Below the pieces are notes generated by a model. The model searched no databases. It saw only the letters and a program-made list of their open reading frames with translations, and had not been told where the DNA came from. A program made the translations under genes and the position numbers. DNA of 64,000 nt from Azolla caroliniana (lineage: Eukaryota; Plantae; Polypodiophyta): NCBI GenBank assembly GCA_043228905.1, contig JBHGNT010000011.1:12524001-12588000 (forward strand), given 5' to 3'. Shown here piece after piece: positions 13,056-24,665 of this stretch; positions within the stretch are counted from its first letter, which is position 1; each line of letters begins with the position of its first letter.

Positions 13056-13324
13056 CACATAAGTGGAAACATACATCTATGCAAAAGGAAACATGTTAAG
13101 ATGTCTTTACAAATCCGTTGTGAGTAGTTTGTCTTTCACCAATACAAGAATCTCACCTTTAACAATTAAAAATAAATGCACCATACATATTCAAGCTTGG
13201 TTGTGTGTGGTTTTATGAAGAGGTTGATTTATAATGTGTATCCAAGATCATTCCTAAAACATGTTTCTTGTTGTGAGGGTTTTGATTCTTGGAGAGGGTT
13301 CCAATAAAAAATTCGGCACTACCT

Positions 13325-15895
13325 TCATGCAAGTATCCTTGCATTCTGAAAAGCTTGCTTCCCAAAGTCTAGAGTTCCCCAATGTTTGGAAGCACCTAGT
13401 AAAGTATGCCATATGATGAAATTAGGAACTATTGGCATTTTTTTGATCACAGCCTCTGCTTCTTCTAATTCACCAACTCGACTTAAAAGATCTACAATGC
13501 AAGAGTGATGCTCAATGGTTGGCATAATTCCATAGTCTTTGGTCATGGATTGGAAGTATGTCTCGCTCTTATTTAACAGCCCTTGGCGGCTACATGCATT
13601 GAGCACCACCACAAATGTAATGAGATTGGGTTTTATCCCTTCTCCTAACATTTGTTCAAAAGCATGGAAAACATTTTCACTTTTCCCGATTTCTACATAC
13701 CCTGCCATGAGAGTAGTCCAAGATACAACATCACGAACCTGCAGCTTATCAAACACTTGTTGGGCCTTAGTGAGAGAGCCACATTTTAGATACATATTAA
13801 CTAAGGTATTGCCCACAAATTCTTTGTCCAAGAAACCCCGTCTTTCGATTTCAGTGTGTAACACTCTCCCATGATGAGAAGCCCCTATGTTTCCACAAGC
13901 TTTCAACATGCAAATAAATGTGGTGGCATCTGGAGGGATACCCTCATATTGCATCTCTTCAAGGCATTTAAGGGCTTCTTCAAATTGCCTATCTTCAGCA
14001 TATCCTGATATCAGAGCCGTCCATGGTATCTCATTTCGAACTTTGAGGTCATCGAATACCTTTCGAGCATCGATAAGATAACCACATTTCGCATACATAT
14101 CCACCACAATGCTTCCTAGGAACGGGTTCTTATCTGAAAACCCATTTTTAATGGTCTCTCCATGTATTTCATGGCCTCTTTCGATTGCTTTTAATCCACA
14201 GCAAGATTTCAAGACACAAACAAATGAAACCTCATTCGGAAAGAGACCTTGCATTTTGATTCCATCAAAACATTCGATTGCTTGGATGTAAAGACCATGT
14301 TCAGCATAGCTTGACATTAATGATACCCATGAGGTTTCATCTCGAGTGGGTAGCCGATTGAATACAAGCCTCACTATGTTAGGCAAACCGCATTTGGCAT
14401 ACATATCAAGCAAAACATTGCCAATACAGGTGTACACTTCAAGTAACCCAAGTTTCTCAATTTGAGCATGTATTTTCTGGCCCTTATCAATAGCTCTCAT
14501 ATTGCCACATGCTTTCAAGACATAAATGAATGTGATAGAATCTGGGAAAATACCCTCAAGTTGCATCTTTTCTAAACAGTCCAATGCTTCTTCATATGAT
14601 GCATGATCCACATACGCTGAAATTAACGACGTCCATGTGACTACATCTCGTGTGATGAGCGTATCAAATATCGGTCGAGCTATGGAAAACAACCCATGTT
14701 TTAAGTACATATTCACCAAGGCATTATTGACGGCAAGATCTCTCTCTTGTTTTTCCACATCAATGTGTATTTGTTGACCTTTATGCAAAGCTTCTATGTT
14801 GCCCACACAAGCCTTTAAAATAACTGAGAATGTGATGGAATTTGGGAAAGTACCTTCCAATCGCATTTGCTCATAACACTTGAGTACTTCCTCATTTTGA
14901 TCATGCTCAGCGTACCCAGTGATGAGTGCATTCCAACATACCACATTCTGAAAAGCAAGCGTATTAAATACATCTTGTGCTTTTTCCATTAAGTCAACTT
15001 TTGCATATGTATCGATTAATGTGCTCCCTATGAAAAGATCCGTTTGCAACAGCCCTTTCCTCTCGATTTCCAAATGTAAACCTCTCAACTTATTCAATGC
15101 TCGTATCTTACCACAAGCTTTCAAGACATAGACTAGTGTTATAGCATTGGGGCTAAGGCCAAGGGGTAGCATCTTTTCAAAGCAGTCAAGAGCTTCATTT
15201 GCAAACCCATGTTCGACATAACCGGAAATGAGTATAGTCCAAGAGACTACATTTTTTTGGTGCTGAACGTCATCGAACACTTCTTGTGCACTTTGTGTCA
15301 AACCGCATTTAACATACATTTGTATCAAGCTACTACCTACAAAGGAATCTTTCTCAAGCAGCCCAATTCTAGTAACATGTTCACGAATCCGTTCCCCTGT
15401 TTCTAGGTCTTTTAGCTTAGCACAAGCTTGTAACAATGCCACAAATGTATGTGGACAGGGGCATAAATCACCGTTATTTTCTTTCCCTTTCTTTTGCTTC
15501 TTATTCAGCATTTGCTGATATATGTTAATTGCTAATCTTGGCTTACCACATGTAGCAAACCCTCTTATAAGTTCATTCCACGATGATTCAGAGCAACCCG
15601 ATAACACATCAGAAAGCTTCTCTTTTTTACTAATCTCAATAATCAAAGAAAGCAAGGAATTAACTAGCCATTTTTGAGAAGCCAATCCACGTTGCTGTTG
15701 GATATATGTGAACAATCTGAGGGTTGAGTTGAGATCTTCCTGTTTTCGACACTTTTCAACAAGACAAGTTAAGTCTTCGAGAGAGGGATCGGAACAAACC
15801 TTCTGTTCTATGCAAGAAATTGCATCTTTCAAGTTATGGTTCCTCAGGGCAACATTGTCTCTGCTTCTAGTAGTGTTTACGTTATAACCTTTCAT
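13325..15895 (-). CDS. PLS-class pentatricopeptide repeat protein (organellar RNA-editing-factor type), ending within the E region, no DYW domain in the ORF
   Basis: 856-aa intronless ORF with repeated P-L-S triplets (VVSWTILISGY.., PNAITLVYVLKACG.., LIDMYAKCG). Ends with S2/E motifs PTIEHHSCIVDLLSRVGELEEAE..MP..PNFIIWHTLLGASKHWG. Confidence 0.92.
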   Translation of the reverse strand: MKGYNVNTTRSRDNVALRNHNLKDAISCIEQKVCSDPSLEDLTCLVEKCRKQEDLNSTLRLFTYIQQQRGLASQKWLVNSLLSLIIEISKKEKLSDVLSGCSESSWNELIRGFATCGKPRLAINIYQQMLNKKQKKGKENNGDLCPCPHTFVALLQACAKLKDLETGERIREHVTRIGLLEKDSFVGSSLIQMYVKCGLTQSAQEVFDDVQHQKNVVSWTILISGYVEHGFANEALDCFEKMLPLGLSPNAITLVYVLKACGKIRALNKLRGLHLEIERKGLLQTDLFIGSTLIDTYAKVDLMEKAQDVFNTLAFQNVVCWNALITGYAEHDQNEEVLKCYEQMRLEGTFPNSITFSVILKACVGNIEALHKGQQIHIDVEKQERDLAVNNALVNMYLKHGLFSIARPIFDTLITRDVVTWTSLISAYVDHASYEEALDCLEKMQLEGIFPDSITFIYVLKACGNMRAIDKGQKIHAQIEKLGLLEVYTCIGNVLLDMYAKCGLPNIVRLVFNRLPTRDETSWVSLMSSYAEHGLYIQAIECFDGIKMQGLFPNEVSFVCVLKSCCGLKAIERGHEIHGETIKNGFSDKNPFLGSIVVDMYAKCGYLIDARKVFDDLKVRNEIPWTALISGYAEDRQFEEALKCLEEMQYEGIPPDATTFICMLKACGNIGASHHGRVLHTEIERRGFLDKEFVGNTLVNMYLKCGSLTKAQQVFDKLQVRDVVSWTTLMAGYVEIGKSENVFHAFEQMLGEGIKPNLITFVVVLNACSRQGLLNKSETYFQSMTKDYGIMPTIEHHSCIVDLLSRVGELEEAEAVIKKMPIVPNFIIWHTLLGASKHWGTLDFGKQAFQNARILA

Positions 15896-18110
15896 GATTT
15901 TCTTCTCTTTCTTTTTCTCTTCTTTATTTCCCCTCTAGAAGGAGCCATCAACACAGGATCAATGGAAACACTGATAATTTGGGTGGATGCAAACAACAGA
16001 ATGTTTTCACTGATTATGACTTCGGTGTTTGGGTGAGCATGATTTTAACCCGGACAAAATATGGCAAAATTACTTCAAGCTTCTCTCTATTTTATCCAAA
16101 GACCCCCACTTTCCGCACATGTAAATGCTATCATTTGAGCAATTGACATTTGCTATGTATTTGAGCCACTATATTCTTAGTCCAATCCCCCTATTCAATC
16201 AATTATACCGTCAATTTGGTCTCCTTTTTGTTAGGTTTTTCTGTCCACGTTAGTATGTAAATGAAATGGGCCTTGGACGCCCAAAACTTGTATTTTTTAA
16301 AATATAGTGTGAAAGGGGTTCACACAAGAAGACGTTACATATCTACACTATGTAACTCATTCTTTTGGGTGGGTTAAAAAGGGGAAAAAAACGTGCATTT
16401 CTCTAGAGCAGCAGAGAAAAACAGATTTCAGAGAGCTCATACTCTCTTTCGTGGCTGATTCCTTCAAGCATTCTCAAGTACACCAGCACACTCAGACATC
16501 CGGACATCACCGCCTTTGTCACCAGCCACGTGCTGTGAGTTTTGATGGTTTTTGTGTTTTTTTGTTGAGTTTAGTTTTTGAGGAAACATCATATTCCTCG
16601 ATTTCTCATAGTACTCTAACTTGTTTTGAGTAGAACTTTGGTGTATTCAGATTTATATTGATAGTGAATTAGTTCTGGACTAGGTCTCGTGGTTTTTACC
16701 TCTTTGAGGGTTTTCCATGTTAAAATTTTTGCGGTGTATTGTGTATTGATTTGTTGTGTACCTCTCTTGCTTTCTTTTAAATCTTGCACAACATATTTTC
16801 TGTTTTAATAAGTGTTTAAGTTCTATTAAGTTTCGGAACAGAGGTTGAGCACTTCTTATGGAGGCAAAATTTTCTACAATGGTTTGCGTGAACGACACCA
16901 ACTACCACAAATGGAAAGGTAAGATGAAAGATCTTCTTTTTGTGAAAAATCTACACTTACCTGTTTTTGCAGATGTTAAACCGGAGAGCAAAACTGCCGA
17001 GGAATGGCTTTTCGAGAATGAACAGGTATGTGGTTTTATTCGACAATGGGTGGGAGATAATGTCTTAAACCATATTGTGAATGAAACTAATGTTAAAGCT
17101 CTATGGAATAAACTCGAAATATTATATGCATCAAAGACAGGTAACAATAAGCTATTTTTGCTTAAACAAGCAATGCATTTAGTGTATAAAGAAGGTAGTT
17201 CCATTTTAGATCATCTAAATGAATTTCAAGGATGTTTTGACCAACTTTTTGGTATGGGAGTGAAATTTGATGATGAGATTAATGCATTATGGTTGTTAAA
17301 CACTCTCCCTGATTCATTGGAAACTTTTAGGGATCTCTAACTAATGCAGCCCCAAATAGAATTGTAACTACGGAATATGTCAAGAACGGTGTTCTAAATG
17401 AGGAGATGAGACGAAGGACACAAGGGATATCCTCACATTCGGAGGTCTCGATGGTTGAGAGGAATGAATAAGGTCAAAACAACCGAGGGAGGAGTATCAG
17501 AACCAAGGTATAAAAATCTAGAATGACATTTTTGTGGTAAAATAGGACACATAAAGAGGTATTGTTACAAGTGGAAAAAGGAGAACCACACATCTAACGG
17601 TAAGCATGAAAACAAAGGTAACGATGATAATTCTAATCGTGTTAATACAACTTCCTCAGACGATTTACTTGTTGTCTATGATGAAAACGTAATTAATCTT
17701 GCTCACAATGAAACTAATTGGGTTGTTGATAGTGGAGCATCTAGAAGGAACTTTTTTACTTCTTATGCTTCAAGGGATTTCAGAGTTGTGAAGATGGGCG
17801 ATGATGGTCTTTCAAAGGTGATAGGCATCGAGACTATTTGTTTGGAAACCAACACGGGTTCAAAGTTGATTCTCAAGGAGGTAAGACATGTACCCGACAT
17901 TTGCTTACATCTTATCTCAATAGATGATGATGGCTATTGCAACATCTTCAATGAGGGACAATGGAAACTCACTAAGGGCTCATTGGTTGTAGCTCGTGGT
18001 AAGAAATGCTCTAGTTTGTATTTATTACAAGCATCTATCTCTACTAATCTTGTGAATGCAACTGAAAGCAACAACATGTCAAAACTATGGCATACAAGGT
18101 TGTCTCATAT

Positions 18111-21100
18111 TGTTAAACACAGTGCTCGGCCACAACCGAGGAATAGGATCAACTCCCAGAAAACAGGAAATACAAAATGCACGAAGACAATAGAGAGAAG
18201 AGTACACAGAATGTTTTACGTGGAAAACCCTAAATGGGAAAAAACCACGGGAGTGCAAGACTCCAACTATCACTATGCGCAGGGAATGTACAATGGCGAG
18301 CTGCAAGGCAACGACCTTGAGCTCGCTGTCCTCGCCACAGGCGGCGGTATTACACAGAGGCGTCGACCTCTTCCTTTCTCTCTCTCTCTCTCTCTCTCTC
18401 GGCTGCTCTCACTTCGCTCCCTCTAAGTGGAAACCAGAAAATGAGCAACAACTGCAAAACTGTTTGCCCTAAGTCATATTTATACACATATGACTTTCGG
18501 GCTATTTACAAGTATAGCCTAGAGGGCCCTTGGCAAACATATTCACAAATATGTCCCCGCATCCGGATCTCTCTCCGGGTACATTCGTCATCCGGCTCCG
18601 TAGCCGGGGTCTTCATCATCCGGCTCCGCAGCCGGGGTCTTCATCATCCGGCTCCGTAGCCGGGGTCTTCATCATCCGGATCCGAAACCGGGTACTCCTC
18701 ATTCGGGTCTTCATTCTCGATTCCCGGACATCTTACCATCCCATCCGGAGGGACCGTAATCCCAACAAACTCCCCCATCACTTCGGCATGGGATGTCTTT
18801 CCAGTCCGACCCTCTTCCGGCACGCTTCCAGCTTGTCGGGTGTGAGCACTTTGGTCAGCATATCTGACCCGTTCTCGTCCGTGTGGATCTTCGTCAGCAC
18901 GAACTCCTGGTCTTCTATCCTTTCCCGGATCCAGTGATATCTTCGCTGGATGTGCTTTGTCCGGGAGTGATAGGCCGCATTCTTCGCAAGTTGGATGGCA
19001 CTCTGACTGTCGCAGTAGAGTCGGTACTCCTCCTGCCGGATACCGAGCTCTCTAATGAAGTCCTTCATCCATATTATTTCCTTGCCGGCTTCAACAGCCG
19101 CCATGTACTCCGCCTCCGTGGTTGACAACGCAACCGTCTTCTGCAGCCTCGACTGCCACGAAACAGCTCCCCCTGCATACGTCATCACATACCCTGATGT
19201 GGACCGGCTGGTATCTGCATCAGCCGACATATCCGAATCGGTAAAGCCGTCGAGTTCGGGCTTACCGGAGCCGAATCGGAGGCACACGTTTGCCGTGCCC
19301 TTCAGGTATCAGAGTATCCACTTGGCCGCGTTCCAGTGCTCTTTGCCGGGATTGCTCATGTACCGGCTCACCACTCCGACTGCATATCCTATGTCCGGTC
19401 TTGTACACACCATTGCATACATCAAGCTTCCGACGGCAGAGGCATATGGTACTTTCATCATTTCCTCCTTCTCAGCCTTTGTCTTGGGGCTTTGCTTGCT
19501 GGACAACTTGTAGTTTGCCGGGAGGGTTGACCCGACCGGTCTTGCTTCCGACATGTTGAACCGGTGAAGCACCTTTGTCACGTATTTCTCCTGTGACAGC
19601 CACAACTGCTTCTTCTTCCGGTCCCGGATGATGTGCATCCCTAGTATTTGCCTCGCCGGACCCAGGTCCTTCATTGAGAAGGTTCGGTGAAGCGCTTTCT
19701 TCAGCATCCGTATCTTGCCCTGGTCCCGTCCGACGATCAACATGTCGTCCACGTACAGGAGGAGTATTAGAAAGTCTCCTCCTTCGAACTTCTTCACAAA
19801 CACGCAGTGATCGGATTGCGTTTTGTGGTACCCTTCGTCGGTCATGAAAGAGTCGAACTTCCGGTACCATTGCCGGGGAGCCTGCTTCAGTCCGTAAAGG
19901 CTCTTCTTCAACCGGCATACCAGGTGCTCCTTCCCTTTCTTCTCGAATCCTTCCGGTTGCTGCATGTAGATCTCTTCTTCGAGGTCACCGTGAAGGAATG
20001 CCGTCTTCACGTCCATCTGTTCTACCTCGAGGTCCATGCTTGCCGCTATGCTCAGCATCGTCCGGATGGAGGTCATCTTCACTACCGGGGAAAATATCTC
20101 GTCGAAGTCGACGCCCTTCTTTTGCTGGAACCCCTTCACCACGATCCTGGCTTTGTATCTCGGGGGGTTTCCGGCATCTCCCGGTTTCAGCTTGAACACC
20201 CACTTGTTTCGAAGTGCCCGCTTTCCTTTCGGCAACTCCACAAGTTCATATGTGTGGTTCTCATGCAGGGAATCCATCTCCTCCTGCATGGCACTTAACC
20301 ACATGCGGCTATGGGTGTCAAGCTTTGCTTCTTCAAAACTCTCCGGCTCCCCCTCGTCGGTTAGCAGCACGTGCTCTGGTTCCGGAAATCTCCGGGGGGC
20401 CCTTCTCTCTCTTAGAGGATATCTCCGTTCCGGAGCTTCGGTAACCGGCTCGTCCGTTTCTTCTTCATCCGAATCCATTTCGGGATCGGGGCCGGTTCCG
20501 GTATCAGTTTCATCTTCCTCGGCCGGTTCTGTTTCTTCATCGTCTTCGGCCGGATCCTCGAGTGCTAACCGGTCCCTTGCCGGTCAGGACTGCTCCTCGT
20601 AGAGTTGATCCTCACCGGTCGACTTGGAGCTCTTCATCTTCTTCTCCGACTCCCAGTCGGCGAGTGTCTTGTCCTCCATGAAGATGATATCACGACTCCG
20701 GAATATCTTTTTGTCGACCGGGTCCCATACTCGGTTGCCGAACTCGTCATCGCCGTAACCGAGGAATATGCATGGCCGGGTCTTAGGATCTAGCTTTCCT
20801 CTCCGGTCCTTTGCCACATGCACATATGCGAGACACCCGAATACCTTCAGATGCCGGTAGGATACTTCGCTACCGGTCCACACTCTCTGCGGCGTGTCTC
20901 CGTCCAAAGGTACTGAGGGTGATCTGTTTATCACGTATGTCGCCGTCGACATTGCCTCAGCCCAAAACCCCTTGGGTAATTTCGCATGCGCCAGCATACT
21001 CCGGACCCTCTCCATTATGGTCCGGTTCATCCTCTCGGCCAGCCCGTTCAGTTCCGGCGTCTTCGGCACAGTAAACTCGAGCCGGATTCCCTTCGAGTGA

Positions 21101-23593
21101 CAATACTCCTCGAACTGCCCCCGGTATTCCCCTCCGTTATCTGCTCGTATCGCTTTCAGCTTCTTGCCGGATTCCCTTTCCACTCTCGCGTGGAGTTCTT
21201 TGAAGACGCACAACACTTGGTCCTTTGTCTTCAGCGGTGCCGTCCACAGCTTCCGGCTGTGGTCATCAATGAATGTCACGAAGTACTGGGCTCCGCCATG
21301 TGACTTCGTTTCTACTTGACACACGTCAGTGTGCACCAACTCCAATGGTGCGCTACGTCTCGTCGGTGGCCTTGAGTGGAAGGAGGTTCGGTTCTGCTTA
21401 CCGGCCAGGCAATCGGTGCACTTCTCCAGGTGCACATGCTTCACTGGAATAAGGTTGTCTTCTACAAGCCTCTTCATCCCCTTCTCACTCATGTGGCACA
21501 GTCTCTTGTGCCACAGCTCACCGGCAGTGTCAGCTACCACGTTCAGCTCCTCCGGACATAGCCGGGAATTCATCAGGTACAATGTGTTGACCTTCTGGGC
21601 CCGAGCCACTATCAGGCTCCCTTTGCTGAACTTCATGACACCGTTCCGGATGCTACCCGTGTAGCCTTCATCGTCTAGCCTCCCGGCCGAAATCAGGTTC
21701 AATCGAACCTCCGGAACGTGTCGGACATCCTTCAGCAGCATCTTGCATCCGGTTGATGTCATCAGCCACACGTCTCCTATGCCGGCAATCCGGCATGTAC
21801 CTTCATTTCCCATCCGGACACAGCCGTGCTCACCAGCTGTGTAGGATGAGAAGTATTTCTTCTCCGGGGTCAGGTGGAACGACGCTCCGGAATCGACCAC
21901 CCAGGTCATCTCTTCACCAGCAAGGTTCAGCTCCCTCTCTTCGGTAATGAGCATTATCTCTTCTTCACTTGCCGCGAGTGCCGTCGTTCCTTTCCGGTCC
22001 TGCCCTCGCCAATCCGGACCTCTCCGGTCCGTGGCTTCCCGGTATGCACCGTTTCGCTCCGGTGACTTCTTCGAATCGGTACCGTCGGTTCCGTTGTCTT
22101 TCTGGAAATGCCGACAGTTCTTCTGGAAGTGCCCCGGCTTCCCACAGTAGAAGCATGTAGGTCTTCCCCTCGACTGCGACCGTGTCCCCGACTTCTCCCG
22201 TCTTTGCGGACTCCGGTTCCGTTTTCTTCCCCGTTCCGATTCAGTAAGCAGCGCCTTCGAGTCGGAGGCCGGTTCTTTATCTCTCCGACGCGCTTCTTCA
22301 TTTAGAATACTTGTCTTTACCGTTAGTAAAGACAAGTTCTCTTCCTTACAGGAGGTGCTGAGAGTAACTACCAAGTTCTCCCAGCTCTCCGGAAGGGTAC
22401 ACATCAGCATGATGGCTTGCATTGCGTCATCCAACGGGAACTTGATCGCCGCAAGCTGGTTCACGAATCCCATGAACGTGCTGACGTGTTCGACCATGCT
22501 CTCGCCGTCCCGGTACTTAAGATTCACTATCTTCCTCATCAGGGAGGTCCGGGTCAGAGCATTCTTCCTCTCATACAGTCCGGACAGCTTCTGCCACATC
22601 TCATAGGCGTTCGTATCGTTCGCCACATGTTGCAGGACACTTACATCGACATATTGCCGGATCGTCGCTACGGCTTTCCGGTTCAGGAGCTTCCACTCCG
22701 ACTCTATTACCCCCTTGGGTATCTCGGCATTGTCGATCGGTTCGTACAGGTCTCGGACGATGAGAAGGTCTTCCATCTTTATCTTCCAGTTGGCGTAGTT
22801 CTGTGAGTTCAACACCATCATGCCCGGAGGCCCACTACCACCGCCTTCCATTTTCTGTGTTAACCTTGCTCTGATACCACTTTGTTAAACACAGTGCTCG
22901 GCCGCAACCGAGGAATAGGATCAACTCCCAGAAAACAGGAAATACAAAATGCACGAAGACAATAGAGAGAAGAGTACACAGAATGTTTTACGTGGAAAAC
23001 CCTAAATGGGAAAAAACCACGGGAGTGCAAGACTCCAACTATCACTATGCGCAGGGAATGTACAATGGCGAGCTGCAAGGCAACGACCTTGAGCTCGCTG
23101 TCCTCACCACAGGCGGCGGTATTACACAGAGGCGTCGACCTCTTCCTTTCTCTCTCTCTCTCTCTCTCTCGGCTGCTCTCACTTCGCTCCCTCTAAGTGG
23201 AAACCAGAAAATGAGCAACAACTGCAAAACTGTTTGCCCTAAGTCATATTTATACACATATGACTTTCGGGCTATTTACAAGTATAGCCTAGAGGGCCCT
23301 TGGCAAACATATTCACAAATATGTCCCCGCATCCGGATCTCTCTCCGGGTACATTCGTCATCCGGCTCCGTAGCCGGGGTCTTCATCATCCGTCTCCGCA
23401 GCCGGGGTCTTCATCATCCGGATCCGAAACCGGGGTCTTCATCATCCGGCTCCGCAGCCGGGGTCTTCATCATCCGGCTCCGTAGCCGGGGTCTTCATCA
23501 TCCGGATCCGAAACCGGGTACTCCTCATTCGGGTCTTCATTCCCGATTCCCGGACATCTTACCATCCCATCCGGAGGGACCGTAATCCCAACA
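18111..23593 (-). mobile_element. E2: full-length Ty1/copia element
   Basis: LTRs 18111-18767 (3') and 22883-23593 (5'), TSD CATAT (18106-18110, 23594-23598), PBS 22868-22879, PPT at about 18768-18777. Confidence 0.96.
18778..22851 (-). pseudogene. E2 gag-pol: a single reading frame with two premature TGA stops
   Basis: ORFs 20584-22851, 19309-20478 and 18778-19287 are all in frame. Both stops are CGA in the intact paralog E6. Confidence 0.92.
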
Positions 23594-24170
23594 CATATTA
23601 GTGAGAAGGGGCTTGATTGTCTAGCAAAGAAAAGTTTGCTTATGCTAAGTTAGACATGTGCAATCATTGTGTGGTAGGAAAGCAAAGAAGAGTCGCGTTC
23701 AAACAATATTCTTCTTCAAGAAAGGAAGAGGTACTTGGGTTGGTACATTCAGATGTTTGTGGTCCTTTAGAGATAAAATCAATAGGTGGTGCACTCTATT
23801 TCGTTACTTTTATTGATGACTATCCTAGGAAACTTTGGACTCGAACATTGAAAACTAAGGACCAAGTATTTAATGTGTTCAAAGAATTTCATGCTTCTAT
23901 AGAAAGAGAGACAGGAAAAAAGCTGAAATGCATTCGCACCGACAATGGTGGGGAATACCTTGGATCTTTCAATGGATACTGTTAATCAGATATACTGTTG
24001 TCTACAATGCTTTGGCCCAAAACTCCAGCTTTAGTCCGGATTGCTAAAGCATTGCTGTCACCCTCTCATGGATCATCCGGTTGATCCGTTCTACCACTCC
24101 ATTCTACGTGGGTGTGTATGGAACGGTCTTTTGATGTCCGATCCCTTTGTTGGACATGTACTATTTGAAG

Positions 24171-24665
24171 TGTTAACCGTTTCTGGGGAAACACCTTTCA
24201 TGAGCCCACAGGCTATCGGTATCAAGGGATCGTGTTACGTGGAAGCCTCTTCTACACTGAGAAGACGATATGAGAACGAGGAGCGTACACAGGCTACAAC
24301 CCGTTAGGCATAGACGTAGCTCGGGTGCGAGTACCGGGGAGAATACACAAATGAAGGAACAGTAAGAACGAGATTTATATTAAATGAGAAGCTCACAACG
24401 ATTATAGTACACGGCTCTCGGCTGGAAACAGGTTGTGTAGAGCTCAGTGCTACGATAGTAATCTTACTAAATAATCTATATCCTCCCCCTTTGAGGTATG
24501 TAGATCTCGGGTTATATAGTTTTCCTCTTCAGACAGGGCCGAGCCATTGGCTGATTGTGAGGGCTAAAAACTCGACTATTTCCAGTTCTACCTATTTCCT
24601 CACCTACTACTCTACCTACCGGCGAGTTTACATAATGTATTTATATTTCTGGCCTATGAACAACA
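24171..24665. mobile_element. Solo LTR inserted in the E3 integrase
   Basis: TGTT...AACA termini, TSD TGAAG (24166-24170, 24666-24670). Confidence 0.85.

Larger units (their letters stand above)
16300..23983 (+). mobile_element. Degenerate copia element (LTR-like 5' region, gag 16858-17340, PR, IN), interrupted by E2 and truncated in IN
   Basis: Gag NYHKWKGKMKDLL, protease WVVDSGAS. LWHTRLSHI|SEKGL rejoins across the CATAT TSD. IN HSDVCGP...TDNGGEY lies at 23617-23985. The 5' boundary is approximate. Confidence 0.8.

Noticed and set aside
18588-18700. CRISPR-like 28-bp hairpin repeats in LTRs
   Set aside because: They are head-to-tail with no spacers and lie inside LTR U3.
22983-23585. LTR-encoded ORFs (also 58581-59148, 30735-31219) as genes
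   Set aside because: They are open frames arising from GC-rich tandem repeats and microsatellites in LTRs, and the frames differ between related LTRs.
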